This document shows, in pieces, positions 49,505-54,299 of a DNA stretch of 54,299 nt. Where the stretch lies: contig NC_057719.1 in NCBI RefSeq assembly GCF_004010195.1, positions 23,245,686-23,299,984 on the forward strand, written 5' to 3'. The translations under genes were made by a program, and so were the position numbers. Source of the stretch: Chiloscyllium plagiosum (taxonomy: Eukaryota). Positions within the stretch are counted from its first letter, which is position 1, and every line of letters starts with the position of its first letter. A model generated the notes under the pieces. The model had not been told where the DNA came from. It was given only the letters and a program-made list of their open reading frames with translations, and made no database searches.

Positions 49505-49712
49505 ATCGAATCATAGAATCCCTATGCTGTTGTAAAGAGGCCATTCTGCCCAACAAGTTCAAGCTGACCCTCCGAACTGCATCCCACCTAGACCCAGACT
49601 CACCCCCTATTCTATCCTAGTAATCCAGCATTTCCCATGGCCAATCCACCTAACCTACACACTATGAGCAATTTAGCATGGCCAATCCACCTAACTTATA
49701 CATCTTTGGACA
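49505..49712 (-). mobile_element. HE1-like SINE 3' half
   Basis: GAATCATAGAATCCC tail; AATTTAGCATGGCCAATCCACCTAAC. Confidence 0.75.
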
Positions 49713-49990
49713 TCTTCTTTCTGCACTATCGAGCATTCCATTTAACCCAGGGCATTGACCTGTGTCCAAGCTGGCTGTGTCTTGGTGTGGCCTTCTTTGG
49801 CAGTCAGCAAGAAAAAGGACATCCATTCTCTGACACCAGCACTTGCAGGACCCTGTCTGTAAATCAGAGTGAGCTTTCTTTTCTGGGCCATATCTTCACT
49901 TACAATGGGCAAACACCAGAGTGTGTGGGGCGTTTACTGTCTTGTAGGATCTGAAGTGGCGAGCAGCTAAGCTTTAAATATGAACTCTGA

Positions 49991-50332
49991 AGAATCATAG
50001 AATCCCTACAGTGTGGAAGCAGGCCATTTGACCCATTAAGTTCACACTGACCCTCCGAAGAGCATTGCACCCCATCCCAAAGCCCTGCACTTCCTATGGC
50101 TAATCCACCTATCCTGCATGTCCCTGGACACTATAGTGAATTTAGCACAGCCAATCCACCTAACCTGCACATCTTTGGACTGTGGGAGGAAACCAGAGCA
50201 CCCAAAGGAAACCCCCACAGACACGGGGAGAACGTTCAAACTCCACACAGGCAGTCGCCTGAGGGTGGAATCTCACCTGGGTCTCAGGTGCTGTGAGGCA
50301 GCAGTGCTAACCACTGAGCCACCATGCTGCCC
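49991..50332 (-). mobile_element. HE1-like SINE, full length
   Basis: Head GGGCAGCATGGTGGCTCAGTGGTTAGCAC on the minus strand; core and tail present. Confidence 0.9.
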
Positions 50333-50539
50333 TATGGAAGGCTCCCTATGAATGATCATTGCCCCATTTCTGACTGCACAATTGCATAGCAAGGGTGCTG
50401 AAGATCCCAGCTACATCATTAATGAGATCACAAACAGATTATGTAAGCAACATCACTATGAGGCATGGTTAACCAGGTGTCATGAATCTCACACAGCAAA
50501 ACATTTTTGCTGAAAATGGGAAAACTCCTTTGTCTATAT

Positions 50540-51230
50540 CCAAAAGAACTTGTTGACTTGGGAAAGTGTTTAGAAGCAGATTGTCTGAAATGACATTGGG
50601 TTAACAGGATTAAATGATGATGATAGGTTACATAAAAATTGAATAGTATAAAAGCTGGAATAAAAATGAGAGGTAACATGTCAACTTACTTAAAGTGATA
50701 AAAAGATTCGATAAACTAATTCTGATGAGAGAACCCAGAAAATAAAGGACATAAGCTTAAAATTGGAAACAGATCATTCAGGAGTGAAATCAGGAAAGTG
50801 TTCTTCACACAAAACATAGTACAAATGTGAAAGACTTTCCCCAAAAGACTGTCAATGCTGAATCAAACAAAACTTCTGGAAGCAATAGGTAAGGATATTG
50901 ACTGATTGATTCATTTATTGTTGTCACATCTACCTAGATACAACAAGAAGTGTTTTGTGTGCTGCAGATCGTACCATGCAAAGTGCATGAGTGTAGCAGA
51001 ACAGAGTGCAGAATACAATGTTACAGCCACAGAGAAGGTTCAGCCACAGAGAAGGTTCAGCCAGAGAGACAGAGACCAGAATAAACATTTGAGAAGACCA
51101 TGGAAAGATATCAAGGGATAATGAACAAACCCAGGTGAATGGTGTTGAGGTACAGATCAGCCTTGAACGAATTGAAAGTTAGAACAAGCTGAAGCAGCTG
51201 AATGATCTATTCTCATTTCTCTGTTCTTCT
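50540..51230 (+). mobile_element. Very old CR1 3' end, with an L2/Rex1-like tail inserted near 50903-51060
   Basis: GHKLKI...FRSEIRKVFFTQ; CR1-like 3' UTR at 51110-51230. Confidence 0.6.
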
Positions 51231-51544
51231 GGTGAAAAATTGTTTTATTGTGACAGCAATGTCAATGCTTGCTTTATGGGTGTAATATTGTTGTAAGGCT
51301 AAGGGTAAAATATTGCTGCACTGATAAGCTTTAGTGCCATTTCTTGCTTTTATTATTAACTTTAGTTATTTTCTTCCCTTTTTTTCTTCTTTGATTTGTT
51401 TTTAGAAAATAAAACTTTACTTTCTCATGTCCTGCAATTTTATTTTTCATTCTGGATCTAGGAAGATTACGAAAGTATCTCAATGACAAAGAATAGCAAA
51501 ACAGCCCATTAGTTAATCGAAATGAATTGTGATTGCTTTCGCGT

Positions 51545-51714
51545 AAAACCAGGAAGTGCTGAAGAAACTCAGCAGGTCTGGGAGATTCTGTGGAGAGAGA
51601 AACAGAGTTTCAAGTCTAACGTGATTCTTCTTCAGAACTGTCCTGAAGAAGAATCACTGGTTTCACAAGGCTAATTTTATTTCTCCTACCACAAATGCTG
51701 TCAGACCAGACCTG
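51545..51714. mobile_element. Fold-back Penelope-like LTR derivative
   Basis: Two LTR ends head to head around GTGATTCTTCTTCAG-AACTGTC-CTGAAGAAGAATCAC (51621-51657). Confidence 0.72.
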
Positions 51715-51993
51715 CACTATGGGCAAGTTAGAACGGCCAGTTCACCTGACCTGTACATCTTTGGACTGTGGGAGTTTGCACTTTCTCCCCGTGTCTGCAT
51801 GGGTTTCCTCCCATAATCCAAAGAGGTGCGGGTCAGGTGAATTGCCCATGATAAATTGCCTGTAGTGTTAGGTGCATTCGTCAGGAGTAAGTATAGGGTA
51901 GGGGAATGGGTCTGGGTGGGCTACTCTTCGGAGGGTCAGTGGGGACTGGTTGGGCCATAGGGCCTTTTTCCACACTGTAGGGAATCTAATCTA
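51715..51993 (+). mobile_element. HE1-like SINE whose 5' part is replaced by an inverted HE1 segment
   Basis: 51715-51774 is reverse complementary to 51808-51867; tail GGAATCTAATCTA. Confidence 0.85.
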
Positions 51994-52574
51994 TTATTGA
52001 GAAAATTTTAACAATGCATTTAGAAAATCATAGTACGATTGGACAAAGTTAATATTGTTATGACTTTGATGGGAGGCATGCATTGGAAATCAAGATCTAA
52101 TACTCCATAAGCCATGCCAAAAGTGTAAATGGCTTATTCTATCACATGTAGTTTGCTTTATGAATATTATCCAGAACAAAAGAGACTTATATTGGGTTTC
52201 TTCAATAAATTCAGAAATAACTCATTTTCCTTTGTAAGAAACAAATACTGTAAATCTTTTAAACATGTGGCAGATTGGTTATCAACTAAGCTACTATGCA
52301 GAATTAAACTATATCCCCAAACCCTGACACACGTTTTAATCTGCAGACAGAATGTGACACACAGCTCTGCAGATCAGTTGTGAGTAGAAAAATTGAGAAA
52401 ATCAAATGATTATATTAAGAAGACAAAATAAAATGTATACCCTACAGTTCCTTCAGTTCCTTCAGTTCCTTATCAAGTAGATCACATTGCTGTCAGCCAT
52501 AGAGTGAGGTTAGGCCTTAGTTTTGATAGCAGGATAGTCTCATATCTCTCATATAGGTCTCATGATTGAGTTAC

Positions 52575-52697
52575 CTGTTCAGTTTTCAGATTTTATGAGG
52601 AGATCAGAAATAATGCAGCTGAAGCTCTCTCTCATATTCAGGAAATACTTCACTGAGGTATTTTTTCAACTTTTTTGAAGTGCTCTCTTATTACTTA
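52575..52697 (-). other. Candidate non-coding or 5' UTR exon (123 nt, or a longer first exon)
   Basis: Acceptor TTTTCTTCTGTCTCACTCTCTCTCTCTGTTTCTGTCTCTTACAG, donor CAG/GTAACT; stops in all frames. Confidence 0.35.
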
Positions 52698-52822
52698 CTG
52701 TAAGAGACAGAAACAGAGAGAGAGAGTGAGACAGAAGAAAATAAGTAGCATCCTTGCAAACCTGTCCACAACTGAGCAAATCTCAAGTCTGTGGCAAAAC
52801 TAACACTAAAAGTCCAGAGGTT

Positions 52823-52835
52823 GCTGCTAGGCAAC
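52823..52835. promoter_or_regulatory. Candidate RFX X-box
   Basis: GCTGCTAGGCAAC, one mismatch to GTTGCTAGGCAAC. Confidence 0.35.
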
Positions 52836-53334
52836 CTTCAGCACTAAGTCCCTTTCAAAACTCAGTCTGCTTATACAGCAATTAGGGTCATGAGACAATC
52901 CATTAAAAGTGTTTCTCCTAAACTGAGTTTTTGATTTTCTGATCAAGTTTATCTGACTTAGTTCCAATAAATTATAGGGTAAATTCTTTGTAATCCAGGA
53001 ATTGTCCAAACCCTTATTTTTTTTCTAATTCTCACACAATCATTTCAAAATGTGTTTCATTACAATCTAACAAGGTACATGTACAACCAAAATAACTATA
53101 TTAATTCATCCACATTTACTCTTTACAGGATTTCTACCATTTGTATCACCTTTTAATCCCCAGAATCTTTTGTCATTTTTACATTCAGGATAGTACATCC
53201 GTAATTATATTTTTTCAACAATATGAACAATTATTATATCATAAAGTCGAAATAGCAAGCCCTGTCAAAATAATTTGAGTTTTGAAATTTGTCAAAGTCC
53301 CAGGGATTATGGTGAGTGTAGTCAGTGTTCCTTT

Positions 53335-53970
53335 CTGGTCATATCAGAATTAACTTTGGAAACTACAGACCTGTGAGTCTGACATTGGTGGTGGTTAAGT
53401 TGTTGAAGGTGATTCTGAAAGATAGGATATAAACGCATTTGGACAGGCAAGGATTGATTGGGGATAGTCAGCATGGCTTTGTGTAAGAGAAATTGTGTCT
53501 CACAAATCGGGTTTTTTGAGAGATTTACCAAAAAGATTGTTTATATGGAGTTGATTAAAGCCTTTGACAAGTTTCCACATGGCAGACTAATTTGTAATGT
53601 TGGATCACATGAGATTCAGGATGGGCTTGCTAATTGGATATAAAATTGGCCTGATGAAAGGAGACAAAGGTTGCTGATGGAGGCTTGTGACTAGCAGTGT
53701 TCCAAAGGAATGGGTTCTGGGTCCACTTTTGTTTGTCTTTATATAAATGAGTTGGATGAGAATTTAGGAGGCATGGCTAATAGGTTTGTCGATGACATCA
53801 AAATTGGTGGTATAGTGGCCAGTGAAGAAGATTATCTGAGATTACAATGAGATCTTTATCAATTGGGTCAATGGGCTGAGGAGTGACAGATAGAATTTAA
53901 TTTGGATAAATATGAGGTATTGCATTTTGGTAAAGCAAACAAGGGCAGGACTTATAGAATTAATGTTAAT
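53335..53970 (+). mobile_element. CR1 RT fragment
   Basis: NYRPVSLT, KAFDKFPHGRL, FVDDIK. Confidence 0.88.
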
Positions 53971-53983
53971 GATTTTGGGTGGT

Positions 53984-54299
53984 CATAGAGTCATAGAGAT
54001 GTACAGCATGGAAACAGACCCTTCGGTCCAACCCGTCCATGCCGACCAGATATCCCAACCCAATCTAGTCCCACCTGCCAGCACCCGGCCCATATCCCTC
54101 CAAACCCTTCCCATTCATATACCCATCCAAATGCCTCTTAAATGTTGCAATTGTACCAGCCTCCACAACATCCTATGGCAGCTCATTCCATGCAGGTACC
54201 ACCCTCTGCGTGAAAAAGTTGCCCCTTAGGTCTCTTTTATATCTTTCCCCTCTCACCCTAAACCTATGCCCTCTAGTTCTGGACTCCCTGACCCCAGGG
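53984..54299 (-). mobile_element. Young CR1 3' end, runs off the window
   Basis: CATAGAGTCATAGAGATGTACAGCATGG; closely matches 22945-23265. Confidence 0.95.

Noticed and set aside
52445..52471. (CAGTTCCTT)x3, and a 17-bp duplication near 51024-51063
   Set aside because: Ordinary slippage duplications.

Overview
This is AT-rich eukaryotic DNA, almost certainly from a cartilaginous fish (shark), inferred from HE1-like tRNA SINEs, CR1 LINEs with (CATAGAGT)n/(CATAGAA)n tails and shark-type Penelope-like fragments. I found no intact host protein-coding gene, RNA gene or CRISPR array; the recognisable ORFs in the track are broken CR1 or Penelope reading frames or their antisense shadows. The window holds at least 12 CR1 fragments, one nearly full length with ORF1 and ORF2, many SINEs, a Tx1-like 3' end, a probable solo LTR and decayed PIF/Harbinger elements. 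The points most worth a second look are: (1) minimal hammerhead-ribozyme motifs in several Penelope-like LTR fragments; (2) a five-level nested insertion at 19.8-28.3 kb; (3) two inverted Harbinger copies with Myb/SANT and transposase remnants, one carrying a 54-bp minisatellite; (4) two well-formed candidate non-coding exons on the minus strand, one near an RFX X-box; (5) a tandem steroid-response-element pair. I cannot support a wholly new biological system. All family calls come from motif recognition by eye, not database searches, and boundaries of old repeats are approximate.
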